Shown: positions 1 to 8,408, counted from the first letter of the stretch. The stretch is DNA of 13,572 nucleotides from Abditibacteriaceae bacterium (GCA_031372065.1 JANMKN010000150.1:1-13572), one strand, 5' to 3'. Translations and numbers: made by a program. Notes: a model not told the origin generated them from the letters alone.

Positions 1-157
1 CAAAAGCCGTTCTTACCCGCATAAAACTGGTTCTGACACGGATAAATGGCAGTCTGACCTGAGTAGAATGCGCTCTTACATAAGTAGAATTCGATCTGAC
101 ATGAACAGAATTTCTTCTTACATGAGCAGAATTCGGTCTGACTTGGACAAAAAGAGG
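1..157. repeat. Degenerate 21-bp tandem array (array A), 7 units, probably continuing off the left edge
   Basis: TCT(G/T)AC recurs at exactly 11, 32, 53, 74, 95, 116 and 137. Example units are tctgacctgagtagaatgcgc, tcttacataagtagaattcga, tctgacatgaacagaatttct and tcttacatgagcagaattcgg. Confidence 0.9.
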
Positions 158-194
158 CTTGCGGGGCTTAAAACTGGCTCCGCAAGCCTCTTTT
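150..194. terminator. Probable bidirectional intrinsic terminator hairpin
   Basis: Perfect 15-bp inverted repeat aaaagaggcttgcgg (150-164) / ccgcaagcctctttt (180-194), extendable inward by 4 pairs including G-U. It has an A-tract on the left and a T-tract on the right. Confidence 0.8.
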
Positions 195-258
195 CACTGT
201 TTTCGGGTTAAAAAGCAGCTTGGAAACGTATCTTTTGTAAAAAGGAAAATTGGTGGTG

Positions 259-267
259 TGTTAAATT
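259..267 (+). promoter_or_regulatory. Putative extended -10 element for a leaderless transcript
   Basis: TG-T-TAAATT (259-267) lies 6 nt before the ATG at 274, with no Shine-Dalgarno sequence in between. Confidence 0.45.
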
Positions 268-273
268 TATGTC

Positions 274-1461
274 ATGCCCACTGCTTCTCAAACGCACTGG
301 ATTGCCTCCGATATCGGCTTTGATTTCCGCACTGTTCCGCCGCGCCATCATTTTTTCGGCTACTACGAAAAATGCCCGTGGGACGCTGAAAACCGCGATG
401 TTTTGGCGATGGAAAGCAGCTTCGCGGATCGAATGCCGACAGCCAAAGATTCGCTTTCGCTCGGCCTGATTCCGCACGGCACGCGACGTTTTGAAGCCTT
501 CGACCAAACTTTGGCGTGGTGCTGGCAACAAGGCACGATGCTGCAATGGCTGCCGCAAAGTGGGCGCCAAGTGATTTACAATCAGCGCGCGGGAAATCGC
601 TTTGTCAGCGTGATTCGCGATTTAGAAACGGGCGCCGTTCGCACTTTGCCGCTGCCGATTTATGCCGTCAGTCCGCGCGGCGATTATGCGCTGAGTCTCA
701 ACTTTTCGCGATTGAATCGGGAGCGTCCGGGCTATGGCTACGAAGGCGTGCCAGACCGCACCAAAGACGATTTATGCCCGGCTAACGACGGCATTTATCA
801 TCTCGATTTGAAAACCGGCGCGTGGAAATTGATTCTCTCCTTGCAACACGCCGCCGATTTAAAACGCACCGAAAACATGAATGGCGCGATGCAGAAATTC
901 AATCACATTCAAATTAATCCCGCTGGCACTCGCTGCGCCGTCATTCATCGCTGGCGCCCGCCAACGAACGGCAAAGAAATCCGCTGTGACCGCTTGATAA
1001 CCGTGAATCCCGATGGCACGGAGCCGTATTTGTTGGCCGACTTCGGGCTGTTTTCTCACTACGATTGGACGGGTGAAAATCAAATTATCGCGTGGGCAGA
1101 AACGCCCGAAAAGGGACAGCATTATTATTTGTTCGACGACCAAACGCATAACAAGAAAATCATCGGCGCAGGCGCGCTGGATTGCGATGGGCACGTTACG
1201 CTTTCGCCCGATAGAAAATGGCTGCTAACCGATACTTACCCCGATAGAAATAATTTTCGCACCCTGCTGCTTTGGAAATGGCCGGATGGCCCGCGCGTAG
1301 ACATCGCAAAATTCTATTCGCCTCCTGAACTCGCTGGCCCCTTGCGCTGCGATTTGCATCCTCGTTGGGATAGAAGTGGTCAAAAAATCTGTATTGATTC
1401 GGCGCACATGGGCACGCGACAAATGTATATTTTGGATGTGAGCCATGTTATCGAAAGGTAA
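274..1461 (+). CDS. TolB-like/oligogalacturonate-lyase-like beta-propeller protein (395 aa), function uncertain
   Basis: Long ORF with propeller blade motifs (VSPRG, INPAG, LSPDRKW). HHFFGYY..PW, WQQG, NFSRL..RPGYGY, DTYPD and RCDLHPRW are motifs I recognise from a conserved, often polysaccharide-locus-associated family. No signal peptide is evident. Confidence 0.7.
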   Translation: MPTASQTHWIASDIGFDFRTVPPRHHFFGYYEKCPWDAENRDVLAMESSFADRMPTAKDSLSLGLIPHGTRRFEAFDQTLAWCWQQGTMLQWLPQSGRQVIYNQRAGNRFVSVIRDLETGAVRTLPLPIYAVSPRGDYALSLNFSRLNRERPGYGYEGVPDRTKDDLCPANDGIYHLDLKTGAWKLILSLQHAADLKRTENMNGAMQKFNHIQINPAGTRCAVIHRWRPPTNGKEIRCDRLITVNPDGTEPYLLADFGLFSHYDWTGENQIIAWAETPEKGQHYYLFDDQTHNKKIIGAGALDCDGHVTLSPDRKWLLTDTYPDRNNFRTLLLWKWPDGPRVDIAKFYSPPELAGPLRCDLHPRWDRSGQKICIDSAHMGTRQMYILDVSHVIER

Positions 1462-3394
1462 ATTCATGCCTGTTTTGCTTTTGTTTTTGCTGCTGGTTTC
1501 GGGGTGTGCTGCACAAGCGCAAAAAGAAAAACCCAAAGACATAATTAATGACGAACCCGTCGCCAAACTGGAAATCGTGCGTCCGCCGCTGCCTCCAACA
1601 CAGTTGCGCAATCCGTGGCCGCCGGAATGGGAAAAAGCCTTCAACGAACGCGCCGAACACGCCATCGCGCGTTTTGCGGGCAAAGGCTACGGCGGCACTT
1701 ATTTTGAAAACGAAAAGCGCGCCTACGGCCTTGCCATGACCGATTTTTTGGCGGGCCATCGCAAAAAAGCCATTGACTTTTTGCAGTCCGAAGACGCCAA
1801 TGCCCAAGAGTGGAATTCGCACACGCTCGGTATAGATTATTTCCCTGCTTTCACGCTCAAGCATCAAATGCGCAAGTATTTTTTGCTGGGCCAGTTTCTC
1901 GATGCCGATTACAAAAAGCGGATGTTCGACGCTGCGAAAATTTGGACGGAGCAAGACCCGCTGAATCGCCCGCATCCTAATTTTAAAGACGAAAAAGGCG
2001 AAGGCTGGACGCCGTTTTTCAAGAACTCGTGGGTGGATGTGCGTGGCACCGACAACTTGCGTTTTATGCGCGACACGTCGGTCTATTTAATGGCCGAAGA
2101 AACCGGCAATGAAACGACAAAAAACCTGTATAAAACCAAGCTCAATGAACACGTTCAGGCGATGTATAACATCGGCATGGGCGAGTGGGATTCGGAAAAT
2201 TATCTTGGTCATTCGTTAGCGCCGTGGCTCAATGTTTACGATTACGCCAAAGACGAAGAAGCGCGAGGTTTAGCCAAAGCCGCACTCGATTGGGTTTGCA
2301 CTGCCGCCGCGCTGAAATACTATCACGGTGCCTTAAACGGCCCGACCAAGCGCGATTATTATCATCCTGTGCCGCTCGAAGCCGCCGCCAATATGTTCGC
2401 GTTGTATTTCGACGACTACGTTTTGCCGCTGGACAATCCCGAAGTGGATTACGTTCACGTTATCACCAGCAATTATCGCCCGCCACAGGCCGTTGTAGAA
2501 CTCGCGCACAAAAATTTCACGCGCCCTATGGAAATGTTCTTGGCGCATCCGACTTACGAACATTGGCTACCGGGCGCGGCGGAAAAGCCGGAATTCTTCG
2601 AAACGCAATATATCGGCAAAACATTTCTGCTCGGCAGTTTGCCAACTGGCAGTCCGGCAGGTATTTGGGATGTGAACGGCCTTAAAATGCTGGTGCAGAA
2701 TTCCAAACGCGGCGCCGATTATTTTATTCCGGCCAGTGGCAACGCGCCTGAGAAAATCACAACTTCGACCAACGGCAAGGACACCGTCGCGCAGTTCGGC
2801 CCGCTGCTTTTGCACCTCAACGCTGATGGCAAAGCGCCTTTTCATTTTTTCACGCCGCCCGATACAAAAGTCGAGCAGAAAAACGGCGTGTGGTTCTTCC
2901 AAATGGAAAACACATGGCTTGCCATTCATCCCCTCAATTTGAATTGGGCGGGCGAAAATGCCGCCGCGACCACCGAAGTGCGCAAACGCGCGCCGGAAGC
3001 GACCATTTATTCGGCGCAAGGCACCGGTGATAAGTTTTGCGGCTATGCTCTGGAAGTGGGCGAAGCACCGCAAAGTTACGAACAATTCCGCGACGACGTT
3101 TTCGCAAAATCGAAAGTTGAACTTGATGATTTAACTGTCGCCGCTGTGATTCGCGGCGCCAACGGCCATGTTATGCGCGTGCAAACCGTGCCCGGCCAAC
3201 TGCCGCAAATCTGGCGCGACGGCACGCTGCACGATTGGACTAAGCACTGGGCGCCCTATCAAGGCGCCGATGGGGGCCAATCGCCTGTCGCCGAAGGCTG
3301 GAAAACCGGCGCTTTTCAAGTTCAAGCGGGCAATAAATCCTTCGCGGGCAAATTATCGGCGGACGGCAAATACTCGTTCGAGGCCAAACCATGA
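1445..3394 (+). CDS. Uncharacterised lipoprotein (649 aa), possibly alpha/alpha-barrel plus beta-sandwich carbohydrate-active protein
   Basis: Basic n-region, hydrophobic h-region and lipobox VSG|C. The N-half looks helical and contains GEWDSENYLGH; the C-half looks beta-rich. Overlaps the upstream gene by 17 nt, with an alternative ATG at 1466. The CDS is secure; the function is inference. Confidence 0.75.
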   Translation: MLSKGKFMPVLLLFLLLVSGCAAQAQKEKPKDIINDEPVAKLEIVRPPLPPTQLRNPWPPEWEKAFNERAEHAIARFAGKGYGGTYFENEKRAYGLAMTDFLAGHRKKAIDFLQSEDANAQEWNSHTLGIDYFPAFTLKHQMRKYFLLGQFLDADYKKRMFDAAKIWTEQDPLNRPHPNFKDEKGEGWTPFFKNSWVDVRGTDNLRFMRDTSVYLMAEETGNETTKNLYKTKLNEHVQAMYNIGMGEWDSENYLGHSLAPWLNVYDYAKDEEARGLAKAALDWVCTAAALKYYHGALNGPTKRDYYHPVPLEAAANMFALYFDDYVLPLDNPEVDYVHVITSNYRPPQAVVELAHKNFTRPMEMFLAHPTYEHWLPGAAEKPEFFETQYIGKTFLLGSLPTGSPAGIWDVNGLKMLVQNSKRGADYFIPASGNAPEKITTSTNGKDTVAQFGPLLLHLNADGKAPFHFFTPPDTKVEQKNGVWFFQMENTWLAIHPLNLNWAGENAAATTEVRKRAPEATIYSAQGTGDKFCGYALEVGEAPQSYEQFRDDVFAKSKVELDDLTVAAVIRGANGHVMRVQTVPGQLPQIWRDGTLHDWTKHWAPYQGADGGQSPVAEGWKTGAFQVQAGNKSFAGKLSADGKYSFEAKP

Positions 3395-3417
3395 ACATGA
3401 AATTGCTGCGCAGTTTT

Positions 3418-3578
3418 TTGCCTGATAAATAAGACGGTCTGTGATGCCGGGATCACATTTGAGAAGGGCGCCGATACGACGATCACGCGCAGTAAGGCGT
3501 CCGGCGCGTGACCGCAAAATAATGCGGGCCGCGATGCGCGATTTGCGCCAGTAAATCTCGTCCCAAATTGTAAGGCAA
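3418..3578 (-). ncRNA. Candidate structured non-coding RNA between convergent genes
   Basis: Four stems are co-centred at ~3497-3498, and two of them are lengthened by G-U pairs only on the minus strand. Two local hairpins are also present (see findings). Confidence 0.3.
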
Positions 3579-3595
3579 TCGCTTGAGTTTTTGAA
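3567..3595 (-). promoter_or_regulatory. Putative sigma70-type promoter pointing into the convergent intergenic region
   Basis: Minus strand reads TTCAAA (3595-3590) - 17 nt - TACAAT (3572-3567). Confidence 0.4.
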
Positions 3596-4624
3596 TCATT
3601 TGCGCCATTCGTAGCCGAAACTCATGGTGAAATCAGGCGCGATGTTGCCGAAAAAGGGCGCGTTGTAATTGTGGTAGTCGCCGTTTTCGGAAATCGAAAT
3701 CCAATACGCGCCGCGCGGCCCGACTTGCCGCTTGTAGCCAATTGAACCGATAACCGGTGTGCCATCGGCGAACGGATTTCCGGTTGTGACAACACGCTTT
3801 GCGGCGTCCATTTGCGCAATGACTGAAGCGCGCTGGCTTAGTCGCCACTCAAAGCCCATACCACCTTGTAAGCCGCTTTTTTGCGCGCCGGGAATGGAAG
3901 TATTGCCGTATTTCGCGGCGCCAACGTTGCCAAATACGGCCCACTGACGGGCGAATTGATAACGCGCATCAAGCGCCACGCCGCCATCGAAACCGCCGCT
4001 GCCGATGAGTTTGCCTTCGCTGCCAGTGGGAAGTTTGAAGGCTATGCGCGCCGCGCTCGAAAACTTGCCGCGCGACAATTGTTTTTTGAGCCAGATTTTG
4101 GTGTCGCCCAAACCAAAAGCGCTGCCTTGGTTCACTCCCTGCCCCAATGCGTTTTGAAACAGAAATACGCTGCGTCCGCGCGCCACATTATCGCGGCCAA
4201 GCGGGTTATCCGGCCCGGTGCCCGCCAAACCGAGCAGCTTGTGATAAATCTCAATCGGCGCGTCTAACATGCCGCCGTTGCGCGCCGTGATGTTGGTGCC
4301 AAGGCCCCATTCCAAATCGCGCCCCAAACCGCGCCGCCACGCCACTTTGAGGCGTTGTGTCTCGAAATCTTCGCTGACGATTTCACCGTTCGGGCCGGGC
4401 GCGGGCAAAAGTAAATCGTTGGCGATGTCGAGTTGCAGACCCAGTCGTCGGGCGCCGCGCGGCAATACATCGGGATTTTCTTGCGGAAAATGCAAAAACA
4501 TCGCTTGCAAAGGCCGCTCGTTTTCCACCGGCAACGGCCCTTGCCACGGTTCGCTGGTTTCATTTTGCGCCGATAAAGGCAGCGCGCACATTATAACGGC
4601 CAGAAGAGAATAGAGGATTTTCAC
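3596..4624 (-). CDS. DUF3187-like outer-membrane beta-barrel protein (342 aa from GTG 4624; ORF track start 4651)
   Basis: Signal peptide (M)KILYSLLAVIMCALPLSA|Q. Motifs include GPLPVEN.RP, GGMLD.PIE.YH.LLGL, FGLGD and KLPTG....L.GSG..D. Amphipathic beta-strands end in FTMSFGYEW. Confidence 0.75.
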   Translation of the reverse strand: MKILYSLLAVIMCALPLSAQNETSEPWQGPLPVENERPLQAMFLHFPQENPDVLPRGARRLGLQLDIANDLLLPAPGPNGEIVSEDFETQRLKVAWRRGLGRDLEWGLGTNITARNGGMLDAPIEIYHKLLGLAGTGPDNPLGRDNVARGRSVFLFQNALGQGVNQGSAFGLGDTKIWLKKQLSRGKFSSAARIAFKLPTGSEGKLIGSGGFDGGVALDARYQFARQWAVFGNVGAAKYGNTSIPGAQKSGLQGGMGFEWRLSQRASVIAQMDAAKRVVTTGNPFADGTPVIGSIGYKRQVGPRGAYWISISENGDYHNYNAPFFGNIAPDFTMSFGYEWRK

Positions 4625-4630
4625 GCCAAA

Positions 4631-4636
4631 AGCATA
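4631..4636 (-). promoter_or_regulatory. Putative -10 element for a leaderless transcript of the DUF3187-like gene
   Basis: Minus-strand TATGCT lies 6 nt upstream of GTG 4624, which opens a clean signal peptide. No Shine-Dalgarno sequence is present. Confidence 0.4.
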
Positions 4637-4650
4637 ACGCATCAAATTCA

Positions 4651-4933
4651 CAACATCCAGCCTCGTTTTCTACTCAGTGAGACACGTTTTCTGCTCGGTG
4701 AGACACGTTTTCTACGCGGCGAGACACGTTTTCTGCTCGGCGAGATGCATTTTCTACGCGGCGAGACACGTTTTCTACACGGCGAGATGCGTTTTCTGCT
4801 CATCCAGCATCGTTTTCTGCGTGTCGAGACGCGTTTTCTATACATCCGGCGTCAATTTCTGCTCGTCCGACATCGTTTTCTTGACGGCGAGACGCGATTT
4901 CTGTGTGTCCAGCCTCGTTTTCTATGCATCCGC
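4651..4933. repeat. Degenerate 21-bp tandem array (array B), 13 full units plus a partial 14th
   Basis: Units start at 4651, 4672 ... 4903 with no indels, and all 13 end in TTTCT (10 in CGTTTTCT). Units 4 and 6 are identical (acgcggcgagacacgttttct). Confidence 0.95.
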
Positions 4934-5036
4934 CCTCCATAAACGTTAGAGGTCTCATTAAAAACGCGCGCGCCCAACGCACTTAAGTGTTGGCTGTTGC
5001 CACATTATTCAACTAAACCGTGCCTTGGAGGTGTTT

Positions 5037-5549
5037 ATGCACAAAAATCCAACACCCGAAGTGCTGTTGCGCCGCATCCGTTTTGTTTTGGCTTGTTTCG
5101 TCGTGGGACTGATTCTGAGTGGTCTTACAGCGTTTCCCTTGACGTGGGAAGTGAAATTGATGGCTCGTTGGCTGGGAGCGAGCGAAATCGCAACCCCTGC
5201 GCAATTTGGCGGCTTTACCGAATGGATTGTCCGCGTGCGCAACGCGCTTGTCGCCACCGACGCGAAATTCCCATTTCTTGCCTATGGCTACGATTGGCTG
5301 GCCTTTGCTCATTTGGTGATTGCTTTGGCTTTCATCGGCCCTTATCGTGATCCCGTGCGCAATATTTGGATAATCGAATGGGCTATGTTATGCTGCGTTG
5401 CCATCCTGCCGCTCGCGTTTATTTGCGGCCCCATGCGGGGCATTCCCTTTTACTGGCAACTGATTGACTGCTCTTTTGGCGTCGTCGGCATTTTGCCATT
5501 ATGGTGGTGCCATCGGCAAGTTAAATTGCTTGCATTAAATTTGTGTTAG
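5037..5549 (+). CDS. Conserved hypothetical integral membrane protein (170 aa)
   Basis: GGAGGT Shine-Dalgarno at 5027-5032 before ATG 5037. About four hydrophobic segments, and a conserved-looking FLAYGYDWLAFAHLVIA..F.GP.RDPVRN.W motif. Confidence 0.8.
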   Translation: MHKNPTPEVLLRRIRFVLACFVVGLILSGLTAFPLTWEVKLMARWLGASEIATPAQFGGFTEWIVRVRNALVATDAKFPFLAYGYDWLAFAHLVIALAFIGPYRDPVRNIWIIEWAMLCCVAILPLAFICGPMRGIPFYWQLIDCSFGVVGILPLWWCHRQVKLLALNLC

Positions 5550-5586
5550 GCCGCGAAAAAGGGAGAAAATTGGGCCTCTCGTGGGA

Positions 5587-5603
5587 TATACTGGGCTTGG
5601 AGG
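5587..5603 (+). promoter_or_regulatory. Putative -10 box and ribosome-binding site of the SnoaL-like gene
   Basis: TATACT at 5587-5592 and GGAGG at 5599-5603 lie upstream of ATG 5615. Confidence 0.45.
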
Positions 5604-5614
5604 TTGGAAAAGTC

Positions 5615-5968
5615 ATGAAAATTAACGACGTTGCGACGGGTTTGGTGGCCTTGTGCCGCGAGGGAAAGTTTGAGGAAGCTATCGCGACTTACTATGGCGA
5701 GAACATCGTGAGTGTCGAAGGCGATGGTCAAACGGCCACGGGTTTGGATGTCATCAAGGGCAAGGCGCAGTGGTGGAATGAGAACTTTGAAGTGCATTCT
5801 GCCAAAGTGCATGGCCCATTTGTTGGCAACAGCGGTTTTTCGGTCGTCTTCGACATGGATGTGACCGAAAAAGCCAAAAACCAACGGATGCAAATGGAAG
5901 AAGTGGCCGTTTACGATGTCGAAGACGGCAAAATCGTGCGCGAAGAGTTTTATTACAACGGCGGATAA
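5615..5968 (+). CDS. SnoaL-like / NTF2-family protein (117 aa)
   Basis: The pattern LVALCREG..EEA....Y...IVSVE ... F.VVF.MDVT ... M.EVAVY.V.DGKIVREEFYY is typical of NTF2/SnoaL-like proteins. The start was moved from the ORF-track 5543 to ATG 5615 because of the RBS. Confidence 0.85.
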   Translation: MKINDVATGLVALCREGKFEEAIATYYGENIVSVEGDGQTATGLDVIKGKAQWWNENFEVHSAKVHGPFVGNSGFSVVFDMDVTEKAKNQRMQMEEVAVYDVEDGKIVREEFYYNGG

Positions 5969-5982
5969 CGCAAGACAGCAGG

Positions 5983-6025
5983 CAATAAAGGCGCGGAGCA
6001 ATAGCTTCGCGCCTTTGTTGTTTTT
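5983..6025 (+). terminator. Rho-independent terminator after the SnoaL-like gene
   Basis: Stem caataaaggcgcggagc / gcttcgcgcctttgttg (17 pairs, 2 G-U) with loop aata, followed by TTTTT. Confidence 0.85.
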
Positions 6026-6118
6026 AATGGTCGCCGCACAAAACCGGCGCGCTGTTTTGGCATTGGTTGTATATTGTAGTTAAGTCCCCACATTTATCGT
6101 AACGTCGCATATTCGCGT

Positions 6119-6700
6119 GTGATTATGGATAAAATTTTTACCAACACGGCTGAGAGGTTCGTTGCTATAAGCGAGCCGCAAGTTCTTCACGAGAGAGCGC
6201 AGGTTTTGGCGCGCAAAGAAATGTCGGAAACGGAAGTCGCGCGCTGCGATGCCGAGCGATTGAAAGTCATCGAATTTCGTTTGGCGCACGAAACTTACGC
6301 AATTGAAGCGGCCTTTGTGCGCGAAGTTTATCCGCTGAAAGAGCTGACACCTTTGCCCTGCACGCCGCCGTTTATTTGCGGTATCGTCAACATTCGCGGG
6401 CAGATTTTAACGGTTATTGATTTGAAAAAATTCTTTGATCTGCCCGATAAAGGTTTGACCGATCTCAATAAAGTCATTGTGGTGCGCACTCTGCGCCTTG
6501 AACTGGGCATTTTAGCCGATGAAATTATTGGCGTGCGCTTTTTGGCGCCCGACGAGATTCAATCTTCGTTGCCGACCTTAACTGGCGTGCGCGCCGATTA
6601 TTTGCGCGGCGTCACATCCGATAGGAGCGTGGTTTTAGACGCCGCGCGGTTGCTGTCTGATGAGAAATTGATCGTTCGTGACGAAGTTGGCGTAGCCTGA
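6119..6700 (+). CDS. cheW: Chemotaxis coupling protein CheW
   Basis: IEFRLA.E.YAI....V.EV, TPLPCTP.FI.GIVNIRG.ILTVIDL and LGILAD.I.G motifs, plus an N-terminal helical extension. Alternative start at ATG 6125. Confidence 0.93.
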   Translation: MIMDKIFTNTAERFVAISEPQVLHERAQVLARKEMSETEVARCDAERLKVIEFRLAHETYAIEAAFVREVYPLKELTPLPCTPPFICGIVNIRGQILTVIDLKKFFDLPDKGLTDLNKVIVVRTLRLELGILADEIIGVRFLAPDEIQSSLPTLTGVRADYLRGVTSDRSVVLDAARLLSDEKLIVRDEVGVA

Positions 6701-6742
6701 AGTTGAAGTCGCCTGAAGTTGAAAGAATAAGGAGCGGTTTTC

Positions 6743-8380
6743 ATGCGGTGGTTTCTAAATTTTGCGACAGGCCTCAAGTTATCTCTCGGCTTTTTGATGA
6801 TGATGACTTTTTTGGGCATCGTCATTGGCGTTTCCTACACGCGGATTATGGCTTTACAAGCCTCGCAGAAGCATCTCCACGAAGTTGAAATCGCCAATGT
6901 TCGCGATTTGTGGGAATTGCGCTCGCAGCAAAATGCCATTCGCGCCGGTTTGTTATCCATGATGACAGCCACCACGCCAGCAGAACAAAAAATCTGGCGC
7001 GATGACGTGGAAACGCGCACGGCAATGGCTGAAAAAGACATTAATAGTCTCAGCAATCGTGTGGGACAATCCACCGCGTTTTTGGGAAAAGTTGAGGAAT
7101 TAAAGACCATTCAGGACGCGCATCGCCAAACGCGCAACACACAAGTGATGCCTTTGATTCAACAGGGCAAAGACGCTGAGGCGCGGGCGTTTATGATGGG
7201 CATTCAAAAAGATCGCTATGACAAAATGCGAGAAATGTCCGAAAGTTTGGGAGAAATGGCCCAGACACGCGCCGACCAAGCTGTCAAAGATTCCAATCAA
7301 TCTGTTGACGACGCCTTGAAAATCATGAAAAGCGTCGGTTTGGTGGCGTTTTTGTTATCCGGCTTTATGATAATTGCTCTGAGCCGCGCCATTGCCAACC
7401 CGCTGCGCGACCTTTCCCATGCTGCCGAACAGATTGCAGGGGGCGATTTATCTCTCAATATAGCAACCGAAACGCGCCGTGACGAAGTGGGCGTGCTGAA
7501 TAGTGCCTTCGGCAAAATGGTGTCGAACCTGCGCGATGTCAATCGCGAAATTACCGAAGGCGTCAATGTTTTGAGTTCCTCCGCCAACGAAATTTCGGCC
7601 TCTACATCGCAATTAGCCAGCAGTTCGGGCGAAACGGCTTCGGCAGTCACCGAAACCACGGCCACCATCGAAGAAATCCGCCAGACTGCGCAGGTCACCA
7701 GCCAAAAAGCGCGCAACGTTGCCGATGCCGCGCAACGCGCCGTCAACGTGGCCCAAAATGGCCGCCGCGCTACCGCTGAAACTACCGCCGGAATGCAACG
7801 CATTCGCGAGCAAATGGAAGCCATAGCCGAAGGCATGATGCGCCTTTCCGAACAAAGTCAAGCCATCGGACAAATCATCGCCAGCGTGGACGATTTGGCG
7901 CAGCAATCGAATCTTTTGGCGGTGAACGCTTCTATTGAAGCGGCCAAAGCGGGCGAGCAGGGCAAAGGTTTCGCGGTAGTCGCCAGCGAAGTGAAAAGTC
8001 TGGCCGATCAATCCAAGCAAGCGACGATGCAAGTGCGCGCCATTTTGACCGACATCCAAAAGGCCACGGGCGCGGCGGTTTTGGCAACCGAACAAGGCAG
8101 CAACGCCGTGGAAATCGGCGTCACGCAAGCGGAACAAGCGGGCGAAGCGATTTTGGCGTTAGCCGACAGCATAGAAGAAGCCGCGCAAGCCGCCACGCAA
8201 ATCGCGGCGACAAGTCAACAGCAATTAGTCGGCATGGATCAGGTAGCGCAAGCGATGGAAAGCATCAAGTTGGCAAGCAGTCAAAACGTCGGCGGCGCAC
8301 GGCAATTGGAAGAAGCCGCGCACAATTTGATGGAGTTGGGAAACCGGCTCAAAGGCGAAGTCGAAAAGTTCAAGACGTGA
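6743..8380 (+). CDS. Methyl-accepting chemotaxis protein (TM - helical periplasmic sensor - TM - HAMP - signalling domain)
   Basis: AAGGAG RBS and two TM segments. HAMP motif PL..L..AA..IA.GDL....R.DEVG.L..AF..M; hairpin-tip signature [28 protein letters not shown]. Confidence 0.96.
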   Translation: MRWFLNFATGLKLSLGFLMMMTFLGIVIGVSYTRIMALQASQKHLHEVEIANVRDLWELRSQQNAIRAGLLSMMTATTPAEQKIWRDDVETRTAMAEKDINSLSNRVGQSTAFLGKVEELKTIQDAHRQTRNTQVMPLIQQGKDAEARAFMMGIQKDRYDKMREMSESLGEMAQTRADQAVKDSNQSVDDALKIMKSVGLVAFLLSGFMIIALSRAIANPLRDLSHAAEQIAGGDLSLNIATETRRDEVGVLNSAFGKMVSNLRDVNREITEGVNVLSSSANEISASTSQLASSSGETASAVTETTATIEEIRQTAQVTSQKARNVADAAQRAVNVAQNGRRATAETTAGMQRIREQMEAIAEGMMRLSEQSQAIGQIIASVDDLAQQSNLLAVNASIEAAKAGEQGKGFAVVASEVKSLADQSKQATMQVRAILTDIQKATGAAVLATEQGSNAVEIGVTQAEQAGEAILALADSIEEAAQAATQIAATSQQQLVGMDQVAQAMESIKLASSQNVGGARQLEEAAHNLMELGNRLKGEVEKFKT

Positions 8381-8408
8381 AAACACGGTAGCATCAGGCC
8401 CTTTCATA

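Noticed and set aside
3391..3432. 13-aa ORF MNMKLLRSFLPDK overlapping the lipoprotein stop, possibly the stub of a deleted gene
   Set aside because: Too short to support, and no continuation is recognisable in other frames.
3440..3457. TGTGA...TCACA palindrome as a CRP/FNR-family site
   Set aside because: The spacer is 8 nt rather than the canonical 6, and it lies between convergent gene ends. It is treated as an RNA hairpin candidate instead.
3483..3599. 38-aa minus-strand ORF (MIQKLKRLPYNLGRDLLAQIAHRGPHYFAVTRRTPYCA) with an ATGA overlap on the DUF3187-like stop
   Set aside because: Short, with no recognisable family. The IAHRG resemblance to GDPD or AsnB motifs is too brief to mean anything, and an ATGA overlap arises easily from AAA-TGA.
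4651..4933. CRISPR array interpretation of array B (and of A and C)
   Set aside because: The period is only 20-21 bp, the variable parts are related to one another rather than being unique spacers, and there are no cas genes in the window.
4648..4982. ORF-track peptides overlapping array B (4648-4845, 4677-4949, 4745-4942, 4800-4982) as genes
   Set aside because: A repeat with a period divisible by 3 and few stops yields open frames automatically. None has a convincing RBS, so they are kept only as an alternative in the findings.
6695..6723. 13-bp direct repeat gcctgaagttgaa (6695-6707, 6711-6723) at the cheW-MCP junction
   Set aside because: Only two copies with 3 nt between them and no inserted element, so most likely a small local duplication.
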